A DNA stretch of 51,671 nucleotides, counting the filler, from Thelocarpon superellum (lineage: Eukaryota), in NCBI GenBank assembly GCA_026025795.1. It is 2 parts of 2 records of this genome, joined end to end, with 100 filler letters (N's around TTAATTAATTAA, not from the genome) between each part and the next. Parts side by side here need not be neighbours in the genome. Positions count along the whole stretch, not along the records: positions 1 to 25,801 come from JAPEUG010000263.1; positions 25,902 to 51,671 come from JAPEUG010000264.1. One strand, given 5' to 3'. The notes beneath the pieces were generated by a model. The model had not been told where the DNA came from, searched no databases, and was given only the letters and a program-made list of their open reading frames with translations. Positions 24,301 to 36,708 of the stretch are shown here, in pieces; positions within the stretch are counted from its first letter, which is position 1, and every line of letters starts with the position of its first letter. The position numbers and the translations under genes are program-made.

Positions 24301-24606
24301 GCGGTCGAAGGGGCGGGCGGACAAGGGCGACGAGCGGGAGGGGGAGCGGCGTAAGGCGTAGGTCGTCGGAGCCGGAGACGGTGAGGGCTCGGGCGAGGGT
24401 GGAGATGACTGGGAGGCGTGTAGACGTGGTCGTCGGGCATCGGTGGGCGGCGGTGACGAGGGTGCCGGGGGTGGTGGGGACGAGCGACGGCGCGCCGGGG
24501 CGGACCGGGGGAGATTGTGGGGAGGGTAGTCGTAGGTTGGGTGGGTGGATCGGGCGTCGTAGAAGGATTGGGGAAAGAAATTGTGGTCCAAGTTCCCTGA
24601 TGCCAT
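18338..24606 (-). CDS. Rho guanine nucleotide exchange factor, DH + BAR + SH3-like (dynamin-binding protein/Gef1-like); intron 18458-18519
   Basis: KRRHIIRELLDTE..LDSLMVKPMQRILKYPLLL (DH), helical BAR region (LNDTLKEELP), terminal exon IFDVLAEKGELWLARNQDD..GWLWCKHF; first ATG at 24606. Confidence 0.93.
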
Positions 24607-25801
24607 GCTGGGAGCGGTGGAATGAAGGGCATGAAGTTGGCCTTGCTCAGTGGTCAGTCGTGGAGACAGCGCGCGCGTTGTAGTCGAGCGAGGCCCAACG
24701 AGTCCCACGGTACCGATGAAGGTACGGGTACGGGTACGGCGGACCGGACAGTGGATCTTGGTGCGAGATGGCACCAGGGACCAGTAGGCGTTTGGTATCT
24801 GGATGGGCAGTGGTCTCGTACGGGTACTCGGACTCGCCCTCGCTGGCGCGCACGGCCACTGGGCAGGTCCTATTCCAGGAAGCTACCCGCCGCGGTACGA
24901 GGATCAATCCGGCGGCACAGCGGTACGGAGACTCGCTGAGTGCGACGGCTCTCCGCGCCTCCACTTCGCCCTGATGTTGCCGGCACCACAGCCGACCCTA
25001 CTGGTACGGGCACGTCGGTGCTGGACCTGGGACGAGCGAAGCGATCGTGTATTCGAACGAGGACATGCCGGTCGCTCACCAACCACGGTGGCAAGGGCGC
25101 TTGGCGATGAGGTGGCCAACGGACTTCTCTACACGAGTCGTCCACGATCCACCGGCCACGATCCACAAGTCGCCCCCGGTGCCCTGTCGTCGGCGGTGGC
25201 GGAATGTGAGTGGTGGGACGCAAGAAATGGTCGTCGGAGCATGAGCGACGCGGGCGATGACGACCAGCGAACGCTGACCCTGCTGCACGGTACGAAGTAG
25301 TTACCCCCGTACGAGGAAGCCTGCCCAGGTGGTGGGGACCCTACAAGTCGCAGTACGAAGTTCTCAGGGACGAGTACTATATGACGAGTAACTCGTCCCG
25401 GGCACGGCGCTGGCCGACAGCAGCGTAGGTCGAATTCGGTTCTCGCGAAGTCGACCGCGCTGCGGCGAATCAACGCTACGGGCTGGAGGAAGACATTCCA
25501 AGAGCGGTGGACGTTTCATGCGACGCTCACTCGGCCCGATGGCCTTGGACGGACCAGTCAGTGCGCCCTTCCTTGCAGGACCCGACCTTCCATCAGACGC
25601 GTATTACGCCTCAGAGGTCTGCATGTAAGCACCGCCCGGCATCGAGGTCCTGGAAGTCGCTTTGCCATCCGAAGCATTTCCCGTGGGCAGTCGGCAGTTT
25701 CTCGGATCAGTATACCCTGTCGACGTCCGCGTCCGCTGTCCTCCGTCCCAAGAGTCCGACGGAGTGCGTTGCCAAGCTGCCCAGCCCATTCCTTGGCAGT
25801 G

Positions 25802-25901
25802 NNNNNNNNNNNNNNNNNNNNNNNNNNNNNNNNNNNNNNNNNNNNTTAATTAATTAANNNNNNNNNNNNNNNNNNNNNNNNNNNNNNNNNNNNNNNNNNN
25901 N
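25802..25901. other. Artificial contig-joining spacer with six-frame stop linker
   Basis: 44 N + TTAATTAATTAA (25846-25857) + 44 N = exactly 100 nt. Confidence 0.97.
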
Positions 25902-26638
25902 GTTCCACTAAGCGCGCGCTGGTTGCCAGTAGCCAGCTGCAGGGTGATGTGCAGCGCTACGCGTGGCAGGAGTAAGGAGTGGGAGCAGTAGCAAGGCAGC
26001 TCATACAAAGAGTCACGCTTGGACGAGTCTGAGCACGGCATAGTGACCGTGACTGCTTCGTAACTACAAACTACTGTGACCACTTTGTCGGCCTGTGCGG
26101 CGTGAGGCGGGCGCTGGCGAGGCGTCGAGCCAGTCAGTCCCGGCGCCTCGCCGAACTAGGTCGCTGGAGCGAGGTGAGGCGAGAGCAAGGAAGGGGGGTT
26201 CTGGTCCGGGGCGTCCTGTCAAGGGTCCCCGGCACGATCTCGCAACGACTAGGCATGGTAGGTCCCTGGTGCCAGCTCACTCACGTACTTTCCATCCTCA
26301 TACGACATTGGCGACCAGTCACCGACAGGAGAGGCGCCGGGAGGTGGCGTGGTGATGGGCCCGTGCTCTTCACCCTGCACCGCCATCGTCTCCCCGCGAG
26401 TCAGGGTCCGACTCACCATAGACACGCTGGACGAGAAGGGGTGAGTTCTGCCCTGCAAGACCGACGGGCTCCTTACGACATATGTGATAAAAGCATGCTC
26501 TCCCCGGGCTGGGGTGGCTGGCTATCCATGTGCTCGTGCTGGCTCATCTATCGCCGTCGACTAAGCACGGACGGCTACAGAGGGAAACGCCGGCTGATGC
26601 AGTGGCCCAAGAGCGGCGTCATTTCTTGAGCTCGATGG

Positions 26639-29600
26639 TCACTGGTCTAACCCGTCCAGCTCAATCAGTCGCCGGACCGTGTCCACTACGTCGTTCGCAC
26701 ACAAGTCCACGGTCGGATCGTCAATCTTCTTGGCCAGCACGTCGTCCAGCATCGTCCGCAGTCGCGACACCAACACGCCGATCCGCGCCCACCCACGAAG
26801 ACGCACCCAGCCATCCACCACCAGGCCGCGCCCTAGCGTGTCGAGCGTGATGGGCCCGGAGAAGAGCAGCAGGGTGTATGCGTTGAACGCTAACCACCGT
26901 CAGTAGAGCACGCCAGGTGGGAATGGTCCACGTACGGGTGAGGTCGCGAATGAAGAGCTTACTCGTCGCCATCTGCGTAAAGTAGCTGAGAAACGCCACG
27001 GACGAGCCAAAAGTCTGCGCGTCGAAGAGGATCGAGCCGGGGTGGACAAACACCCGGCCCTGGTCGCGCGCGAAGTACTTGATCGTCCGCGCCTCCGGAT
27101 CGAGTGCCACCGCGCCTGACACCGACGCCGCAAACTTCTGGGGCGGGAAGTCGATCCGCACCAGCTGCGGGTGAAAGGCCCCGGCCACCAGCGCCCGGAG
27201 GATAGCCTCGTTGCCATTGTGCCGGTTGAAGGAGGCCTGCCAGCTCGCATCCGATCCGTGATACTGCACCGGCAGGAAGCCCATCTCCTTGAGCGATGAC
27301 ACGAATTGCCCGCGGTTCGACGAGATGTCCACGAGCGTCTGGTAGGAGAGGTAGTGCGCCTCGCACCACGCGCGGATCTCGCGCTGCGGCTGCGTCCCTT
27401 GCATCGCCGACCATGCTTCGTACGCCCGGAGGTCGGCCAGCAGATCCCCCTGGCCCTGCGAGAAAGCCACCCGCGCCTGCTTCGACTCTTCCCGCTTTGC
27501 CTGGGGCGCGACAAAGGGCGATCGGACGGTGAGCGTCGAGGCGATAACCAGGCACGCCTCCAAGCAGCCAAACGTCGCTCCATACACCAACAGCTTCCCG
27601 CAGCGCAAGTCCGCGGGGATCATCGAGAGGTGCCGCCCGAGCGCCGTCAGCTCCTCCCCTTCCAGGGCGCCGATGCGATGGAGCAGATCCATCGCGCCGT
27701 CGACCGCTAGGCTCGCCGGCGCCGTCAACGCGCTGGCCAGGAACGCCGGCACGTCCGCGATCCCCATGGCCTTCACCGACAGGCAGAGCTGCTCCAGCGG
27801 CACCCGACGGATCTCCGGCTCAGGCCGCTCGCGCATCTTGCCCGTCTCCGCCGCGCGTGTGTAGAGCTTGTAACACTCCCCGGCTCGCACCCGGCCCGCG
27901 CGGCCCCGGCGCTGCTTGCACGCCGCGCGGGAGGCCCAGACCTCCTCGAGCTTCACCATCTTGTTGCTCGCGTCGAAGCTCGTCTCTTTGACCCGACCCG
28001 TGTCAATCACCGCCACAATGTCCTCGATCGTGATGGACGTCTCGGCGATGTTTGTGGCCGCGATGACTTTGCGCATCCCTTTCGGCGCCGGCTGGAACAC
28101 CCGTCGCTGTTCCGCCGGTACCAAGGACGCGTGCAGGGGCAGCGCATGCACATGCGACATAGACCGTAGCGCATCGATGGTCCGGGAGATCTCCACGGTG
28201 CCGGGGAGGAAGATGAGGATCCCTCCCTCCTTCTGGCCCAGGTCTGCATCAATCTCTCGCACTATCTCTGCGATCAGTCGGTAATGAATCCCGCCTCCTA
28301 AGCTCTGGATGATCTTGGCCGTCGACTGGTCGATGCCCCGTAGATCATCATCCTCCTGCTCTCGTGACGATTTTGCGTGACGTGCGTAGCCGTCATGGCC
28401 TTGGTTGAAGCCCGTCATCTGGATGACGTCGTCCAGGTAAAAGTCCGTGACGGGAAACGTGCGGCCTTGGATCTCCACCCGTCCCACGGGGCCACTCCCG
28501 CGGAAGTACTGGTCAAAGATGTCGGCGTCCAGGGTGGCACTCATCAGGATGACCTTGAGATCCCGCCGGCGTCGGAGCGCATCGCGGAGCAAGACGAGGA
28601 GGAAGTCCGTGTCGAGACTCCGCTCATGCACTTCATCCACCACAACGTGACTGACGTCGGCCAATGCCGCCACCACATCATCGCTGCTACCGCCGGAGGT
28701 CTGTAAACGCCGCAGCAGCACGCCCGTGGTGACGAAGGTGATCTTGGTCCGCCCTGGCGTTTGCTTGGATTCGCCGCGAATGATGAAGCCCACCTCGTCG
28801 CCCACGGGTGTGCACCGCTCGTCGCTGACGCGATCGGCCAGTCCCAACGCCGAGATTCGCCGGGGCTGCGTGCAGATGATGTTGGCCGCGCCGCCCAGCT
28901 GGCGCTGAATGAGGTCGTCCAAGATGAACTGGACCGATTGCGTCGACTTGCCCGATCCCGTCTCCCCCGAGATGATCGTGACGTGGTGGGCGTTGACCGT
29001 GTCCACGATGTCATCGCGCAACGACCAGGCCGGGAGTCCGCGGCGCCCTGACATCATCCGCTCTTGACGTGCCGTCGTTTGCCTCGTCTTCCAGTCCTGC
29101 AACATCCGCAGGCTGGCCTGGCTTCCTGGGCGCCAATCAACTGGGCGAAGCCGACGGTTCTCCTTGCCGCGTCCGACCCGCTCCCGTCGACTGGCTCGCA
29201 CCTCTTCGGTGGTCTCGGTCGCGGCGGAGACATCGCGCAGGGAGCCCGGATTCTCCATCACCTTCGCCATGTTGCCTTCGAGCCAGTCAACAAGAGAGAA
29301 GATCATCGGCTCGCCTCGAAGATGGGCCATGGCGTGCTTGATGGCCTGTCGGATAACGCTCAGCCTGATGTACGCTGGCAACACCGGCGTCGACTGGATG
29401 GCGATGATGGGCACCGCATGAGGGTAGGCCTTGAAGGCGGGTCGGCGTACTTGGAGCGTCACCGCAGGGGACGGCAACGGCATCGTGAGAAGGATGTGGC
29501 ACGTGTCGGGAGATGGGGCACGATATCGGTCGGCAAAGATCGCTTCCAGCGTACTCTGCTCTTCTGTCCACATCGCGAGCTCCTCGGACCCTTTCAGCCC

Positions 29601-30905
29601 ACCCATGGCCGTGACGGGCGCCTCCTCGCCAACTAGTAGATCTTGGAGGATCTCGGCCGCCCTGCCTTCGTCCCCGCCCTGCTGCTCCACGACCCGCTCG
29701 CAAAGCTCTCGCGCAAAGCCCGCCGCCGCTAGTCGTGTGATGACGCCCTCACGTCGTAAATCCCCGCTGACCATACTGATCCCGGCCGAGTAGCCCTCCG
29801 GCAGGCTCCATCGCGGTAGGTCGTCCTCGGGGACGTGAATGAGAAGCCATTCGAGAGCCTCGGCCCGGTCCTTGCACTGTGCCACGGCTTCTTCGACATG
29901 ACTACGCCGGAAGCCAAGCTCAGACAGATTACGCACGGTATCCTCTCGTTCTAGTGGTGTCGCGCTGATCCCGTACGGATTCCACACGGCGTGCTGGCGG
30001 ATCAAGGCCTCGATCTGTGTTCGTGTCCGTTTTCCCATCTCGACCTTGGGGATGCGCGTCCACCCTTTCATGAGGTTCTGGCCACCGCCGCCGCCGCTCG
30101 GATGGGTTGTGCCGTCGGCCATATTCGTCAGGGTGGCCGTCTGGGTGTGCTCCTTGGCCCGGTCTGCCTCGCGCTGCGCTCGCTTCTTCGTAAGGCTGGC
30201 TTGGGCCTCGTCGCGCTCGCGCCTTGCCAGGAAGGGATCAGCCTCGTACATATATCCACGCCCTTGCCCGACGTCGTCCTTCTTCAGCGCCTGAAAGTCG
30301 TTCTTCCACAGGTCGCGGTAGGTGGGGGGAAGCATCATGTGGATATTCTTCATGCTGTTGATCCGGAAGAGCGCATAGGTGGCGGCGAAATGGCGAGCCT
30401 CAACCGCAGTAGGTTGCAGCGCCAGGTGCTTATGGGTGGGAGGCAGCTTGAAGGGTGGCAATGCCACCGTCTCCCGCGTCTTGGGATCGAAGGTCTTTAG
30501 GATGACCATGGACGAGTAGCCCTCGGCGCTGTGGCTCTTCGTACCGTTAGCCTTGGTGGAACCAGCTCCATCTCGCTCCCTTCGACGCACCATGGTATAT
30601 TCGCACTTGGCCCATTTCTGCTTCTGGCAGTGCTCTGCAAGCATATTCACGGGTAGTTTGCCGGTCCATGACGCCCCACCGATCAAGGTGCGTGTATCAG
30701 GCCGCTTCGGAGCATCCGTCGCGGTGGTCGACGATGCCTCGCCAGCATTCTTGGGCACGTCACCGGCTTTCTTCGATGCCGCATTGTCATGCCTGGTTTT
30801 GCCCTTGTCACTTGTAAAGACGATGAAAGAATCATCGACGTCTGGCACGGCGGTGGGCGTTTTCTTGGGGGCTGCTCCACGGCTGCTTTGGCCCTTTTTG
30901 GGCAT
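26639..30905 (-). CDS. DEAH-box RNA helicase, DHX57/Ucp12/YLR419W-like (UBA-like and RWD domains); introns 30537-30590, 26890-26935
   Basis: GETGSGKSTQ, TQPRRISA, DEVH, MSAT, TNIAETSITI, QRRGRAGR; LEWLLIHVPEDDLP and RWD-like EEQSTLEAIF..YP; last exon PFNAYTLLLFSG..DGWVRLRGWARIG. Confidence 0.95.
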
Positions 30906-31219
30906 CCTCTCTCTTCCGTCGGATCGAAGGGACGTGGGAGGGTAGTGGATCCATGGACGGGAGCAGTGAAGCCGGCGTGGTTCTGGGACGAAGTGTGCAC
31001 CTTGCCACGTGTGACCGATGTCAGTGTCCGAAGGACGGTGATTCTCTTCACTAATCCGACCGACGACTTCCACCACGGCCACTGTGGGGAGTTGGTGGCG
31101 CAAGCGAGACGGTCATGGTGGATGACGCCGTGTCGCCGCTCACACGGTCAACCCCTGTCCCGGAACTGCAACATGCCTCTCCGTCCGCGGTCGTCTCAAT
31201 CATCACCGATCTGTCAGCC

Positions 31220-32125
31220 ATGTCGGAGCCGGAGGAGGTCACGACAGATGCCCTGGATCCAGACGAGATCTCGGACACGGCAAATCCCGGGCCCGACCCA
31301 GGGGATCTGTCAACGCCGAGCAAGCACAATGCCTGTAGGATGAGCAGCTCCCATTCGGCATGAGAGGCTCAGGCTGATGCACTCGGTACAGTCTCGGAGT
31401 TGATGGCCCGCAAGCCCAAAGCCGAGACGCTCTCTGCCCAACCTAAACGATCCGTGTTCGGCTTCCTCGGAGCCAACGGGCTGGGAGCGTACGTCGCGGA
31501 CCCAGCCTCCTACCCTCCCTCCCGCGTCATATACTACAATGCCGACGTGGTGGCGATTTGGGACCTCTACCCCAAGTCGAGCGTGCACACGCTGCTTCTT
31601 CCCCGCTCCGCCACACATACCCGCCTCCACCCATTCGATGCGTTTGCGGATCCCCCCTTCCTGGCCATGGTGCGAGTGGAAGCCGAGAAGCTGAAGGCCT
31701 TGGTGTCATCCGAGCTACGGCGCAAGTACGGTTCCCTCTCGGCCCAAGCTCGAGCCAGAGACGTCGCCCTCGAACGCGAGCCCCCGCCGGATGTCCTCCC
31801 GGTGGGCCGGGACTGGTCGGCGTCGGTGAAGGTGGGGATCCACGCCAGCCCGTCCATGGCCAATCTACACGTCCATGTGCTCTCCGTGGACCGAGTGAGT
31901 CGGTGCGTGCGAAAGATGCCGCATTACAATAGCTTCGCCACGCCCTTCTTCGTGCCCCTCGCCGACTTTCCCTTGGCCGAGGACGACGTGAGGAGACATC
32001 CCGGCCGTGAGGGCTATCTGCACCGGGACTTGGTATGTTGGCGATGCGGCGCCAGTTTTGGCCGGAAGCTGGCAGCCCTTAAGGACCACCTAGAAGAAGA
32101 ATTCGTAGCATGGCAATCCGAGTGA
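31220..32125 (+). CDS. HNT3: Aprataxin-like HIT-family protein with zinc finger; exons 31220-31334, 31392-32125
   Basis: DLYPKSSVHTLLLPR, GIHASPSMANLHVHVLS (HIT motif), HYNSFATPFF, CWRC..LKDHLEEEF. Confidence 0.92.
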
Positions 32126-32707
32126 CCGAAGAAAGCCTCGCCGCGCATCGTGCAGCCTCTCGTATGCCGGACGAGCTGTGGTCAGGTGGAGTTGTTCGCC
32201 AAATGCGTGGACATAGAGTATCTGAATCTATCAAGGGCCCGCGCACGTCGTCAATGCGTTCTCGACGCCACGACATGCGCTGCGCGGAAAATTGGCTCGT
32301 CGTGTATCCAAGAGAATCGAAAAGGCCCGGCCGCGCACAAGGCGCGTTTCCCCTTAGGTCTCCCGCGCTCCAAGACCGCACTCCATGACCGCGCTGCGTC
32401 GGCGGAGGCGGCCGCGGAGATGACAGCACGTCTCACGAGCCGCCAATCAAGATCGAATGTAGACGGCTACGCTAGATCCACCCCGGCCCCTTCCACGTCG
32501 TGAGCGTTGCTACATGAATGTCATCCAGTACTTGCACGTTGCACATCTCGTTGCCCGCCAAGAAATCGAAAGAACGCTTCCTCCAGCGGACGTAGTCGCG
32601 CTGAACCTGCTGGCCGGGACCATCAGGAGGCCGCGCATGCCGAGAGTGTTGTGGTCATTGGTCGTCGTAGTCTGCGAGGTGCTCGAGGATTTGAGGATAC
32701 GGGGGTT

Positions 32708-35700
32708 TTACAGAAACCCCGACTCAGAGAGCAATCTGCTTCAACACGAGGAGTAAGCCAACCACCACCCACAACGTCAACAGGCTCTCCAGGTGAGGGG
32801 GTACATGATCGAGGGGAGGCCCGACCCTCCAGAAATGATAGTAAGAGCGGCCCATCCTAGAGTTTCGAAAGCATACCTCGCAATCTTCTCATCTTGATTC
32901 TCACGCGGTTCGACCGCCAAACTGCGTTCATACATCTCGTGCACATCTCCCGCCGATTGCATATTGGTGAGGATGTAGTCTTGCAGCTCCGGCACGGGCT
33001 GGAGCGGGTACGGTTCATTCTGGCATTGCTGAATGTCGCGGATGATCTCCGCCGTCTTAGCCCGCTTCGCGAAGTTGATCAGGTTTGTCTTTTTGATCGT
33101 ACTCGGGATGCCATCCTCGATGAAGGTGAGATCGGTGAGGTAGACCCCTGCACACGCATCGCACCCGTCAGCACAGTCACCACTGCGCGCCGCCGGATGC
33201 CTTGCGACGGTCATGACGACGGCACCTACCGAAGAAGGGGATGCAAGGCGGATTTGCCATGTGGAGGGTCTCGCGATATTGGGCAAAGTTTTTAGTGCTA
33301 CCCATCAGCGACCGCATCGACTCGAGCACCGACGCCGTCCGCGCGTGCACCTGGTGCCACGTCCGGCCTAGACGGTGGATCGGTGCCGTGCTGAGCGCCG
33401 AGATGATGGAGGTGAGGGTAGAGAAGTTGTTCAGCTGCCGGCATTTCTACCACTCCGTCAGTAGGTCGCATCGGTAGCTATGGGACCTTCCTCACATCCG
33501 CCACGGCCACAAAGTGCTTGATCACGACGACGCGTTTCTTCAGGTCGGTCTGAGTCAGGATCATCTCCGCCACCCAGTTGGTCAGTTGATTTGAGTGCAG
33601 GATCAGGGCCTTGACATTGGGCGCCGGCTCAGGCTCGCCCGGGGCCACCTTCTTCTGCCACGTTTTGTTCAGACATTCGGTCGCCTTGATCTTGCAATAA
33701 AGCTTCGACTCGATGATGGTCAGCTGTCGCGCAAATTCGGTCACGTCGATGTCCAGGAACTTGAGCTTCTTCATGTTCTTCGGCAGGATCGGAGCTGGAG
33801 GCGCCGTCGGCTGCGTCGCCACTAGCTTCTTCGCGTGGGCGTCCTGTCCGCGAAGACGCTGCTCCAGCACGGCCATGAGTGGCTGTGCTCCCGGCGTGCT
33901 AGTCGTCGCTACCGCGCGCTCGGCGAAATTGTAGATGCGACGGAGGAGCTCCTTGCTCGCCGCATCCTGGCCCTCCATCCAGTAGTTGTCGAGCCAACTC
34001 TTCAGGATGTTCACGACCCGGAAACGGATCAGTTTCTGCTTGCGCTCCGCCCAGAGCTGGTAGTCTTCCGGGCTCAGCCCATACGGCGGTTGAATGGTGA
34101 AGCGCGCCACCAGTAGGTCGAAGAGCTCGGCCGCGGTGGTGAAGGATCGGTAGGTGAGGAGGAAGGTGTTGTTGAAGGCGGAATCGTGCCGGTCATGTCG
34201 CGTCAGCTGTTCCACCAGCGCCGCGAGCGTACCGCCGCGCAGCTGCGGTGGATCTGTCTTGGAATCGAAGGAGATCTCGCTCTCCAGATCCAGCCGTAGG
34301 AAGTCGGGGACATCGTCCGCGTCGCGCGTCCGCGTTCCGGCCGCCGGGCTCGGCTCCTCGCCGAAGAACCGTTTGAGCTTGGGGTTATCACGGAAGGATT
34401 GGGTCGGCACGCGCTCGTCCCGCCCCGTCGTGCTGCCGCGCGAATACGCGCGTGTCGCCCGCGTCGACGGGTGGCCAGACTGGTACTGGCCGTCGTCGTA
34501 GGGCTCAGCGCCATCGGCCAATGGTCGACGGTCCTCATTGGGCATCATCTGATCGAGCAGCTGCATGGTGTAGAATATTTGCGAACTGCACGTCTCCAGC
34601 ATGCGCGACGTCGCGCGGACGCGCGACAGACGCTCGTCCAAGGAGTCGGCCCGCACTTCCGCCCACTCGTCCCCCAACGGGCTGGCGACGGATTGACACG
34701 CCATGAGGAGGTCCGACACGAGGTCATACAGCTTCTGCTTCTGCACATCCCAGTCCAGCAACGCCTGGCTCGGGTGGCTCGACCGGAGCGGCGTCAGGTT
34801 TACGGACTCTATCGTGGCTAGGAAGGGTCGGAAGATGTCGATGACCTTGCCGCCAGCGACGCAGACGGCGTCGGCGAGGGCCTCGTGTCGCGCTGGCGTA
34901 ATAATTTTGTCCGAGAAGGCCGATTGCTCGTCGAGGCGGCGGAGACCAGCCACGATCAGACGCTTCAGGTCCTCGAGCCGCTCGAGCAGGCGTGGGCCCA
35001 GCTGTGCGGTCGGCATGATGGTTTCCTCGTAGTCATCATTATCCATGAAGCTCGAGAGGGCCGGGTCGCGCTCGCGCAAGCCATTGGTCTGCCAGTTGCC
35101 GCCCGACGTACTGCCGATGACGAAACCCGGGACGAGGCGTTGAATCTCTTCTCCGCGCTGTTGCCGCGCAATCTCGACGTAGCCGTACACGCCATGGAGG
35201 ACGCCATCGGCTTCCTGTAGACATTTGGCGTAGGAGTCGGGAGTGGGCCAATCGGCGGCGGCAATGTGGGACGAGAGGACGAGCTTGGAGAACTTGGACA
35301 TCATGTCTCGGAAGTGGGGGTAAAGGGCCTTATTGGTGGAGATGATGGAGGGCTGGCCAGAGTGATTGTCGGTCGTACCCGAGCCTGCCGCGAGCAGGAG
35401 ACGCAGGTGGTCCGAGATGTCTTCGGCCCGTTTGACAAAGTCGGCGCGATCGCTGTTATTGATCGTTTGCCGATATCGTTCCACCGCCAAGCGCATGTTC
35501 TCGACCAGTCGATTCCAGGTCAAAGGCACGGCCGTGCCATCGTCAAACAGGAAGCGCGGTAGAGCGGCGCGGGGGGGGCCGCCGAGGGCATTGGTGAAGG
35601 AGGTCGCGGTAGTGCCTGAAGGCGGCATCGTGGCCGCGCCATGCACAGCGCTCAACGACAGGTCGCTCGGATCGTCGCGGGATCGCACCATGGACGTGAC

Positions 35701-36708
35701 GCCCATGGAGTCCATGGATGTGGCGGGCGATACGCCGTACGACAGGTTCGACGCCTTCTTACGGACCTGCACACGAAAGTCAGCTCGGGCTCGGCATCTT
35801 CCGGTCCCTGGTATCATGATGAGGCGACGGACCTCTTGAATGCCACGCGCACCACCGATGACATGGTCGGTGTCGCGCTCCGAGGCGGAAGCGGCCTCGT
35901 CTTCGTCGGCATCCTCGTCGCGCTCATAGCCGCCGACCATCATCTCGGCGGGCAGGCGGGTCTGATCTGGGTAGCGCACGTTCATGCGATCGGGCGGACC
36001 GGTCTCGATGGCTGAGGTGGGTTCCTCTAAGGGCAGCTCCATCGTGCTCACACCCGTCTTGGTGTTGAAGTAGAAGAGGCGACCATCGGGCGTAGCCTGC
36101 GGCACCCAGAAGGCCGCCTCTTCTCGCTCGTGTGCATCGGTGCCCTCAATGGGTAGGCCGGGCGAGGGGTCGTCGTGGGTGTTGCCCTCGGAATCCACCT
36201 CGACGAAGTCGTATTGATCTTCGGAATCGTCCTCATCCTCCTCCGACTCGGCCTCTGGGTCGCCATGATCGCCGCCCTCACCACCCTCGCCTCGAGCGTC
36301 GTCAGGGCCGGTGACCAGGGCACAGTAATTGCTGGGAAACCATCCTCGTGCACCGTTGATCACGCCATCCCACCAGCCACTATCGAGCTGGGTGATAACT
36401 TGGATGATATCGCCCTGATGAAAGCTCAAGCTGGTCCGGTCGTCGGCCTCATAGTCGTACAAGGCCTGGACGTACATCCCGGGCGCCTGGACGAGGGTGC
36501 CTGCGGCGGCGGCGTTGGTGCCGTTCATCACTGCTAACTTCTGTGCTTTCGGAGATCGCTTCCGTCGAGGGGCGAGGCGGCCGTCCGCACGCCGAGCGTG
36601 CGTGGTCGTTGGGTGGAAGTGATGGACAGATGGATTGGTGAGGGGTTTGGAGGAGATGGCGGCGCGCGACTTGATCTCGGTGGACGATACAGTGTGGGCC
36701 GTGAACAT
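32708..36708 (-). CDS. CDC25: CDC25-family Ras GEF (SH3, WW, REM, RasGEF); introns 35767-35832, 33447-33495, 33148-33229, 32736-32876; start at 36708 or 36528
   Basis: SH3 ALYDY..SGWWDG..RGWFPSNY; WW-like FWVPQATPDGRLFYFNT; REM FLLTYRSFTT; EFARQLT, CIPFFGVYLTDLTFIEDG, INFAKR; terminal exon LLSESGFL*. Confidence 0.93.

Noticed and set aside
25846..25857. TTAATTAATTAA palindrome
   Set aside because: It is centred in N runs and gives stops in all six frames: an assembly linker, not biology
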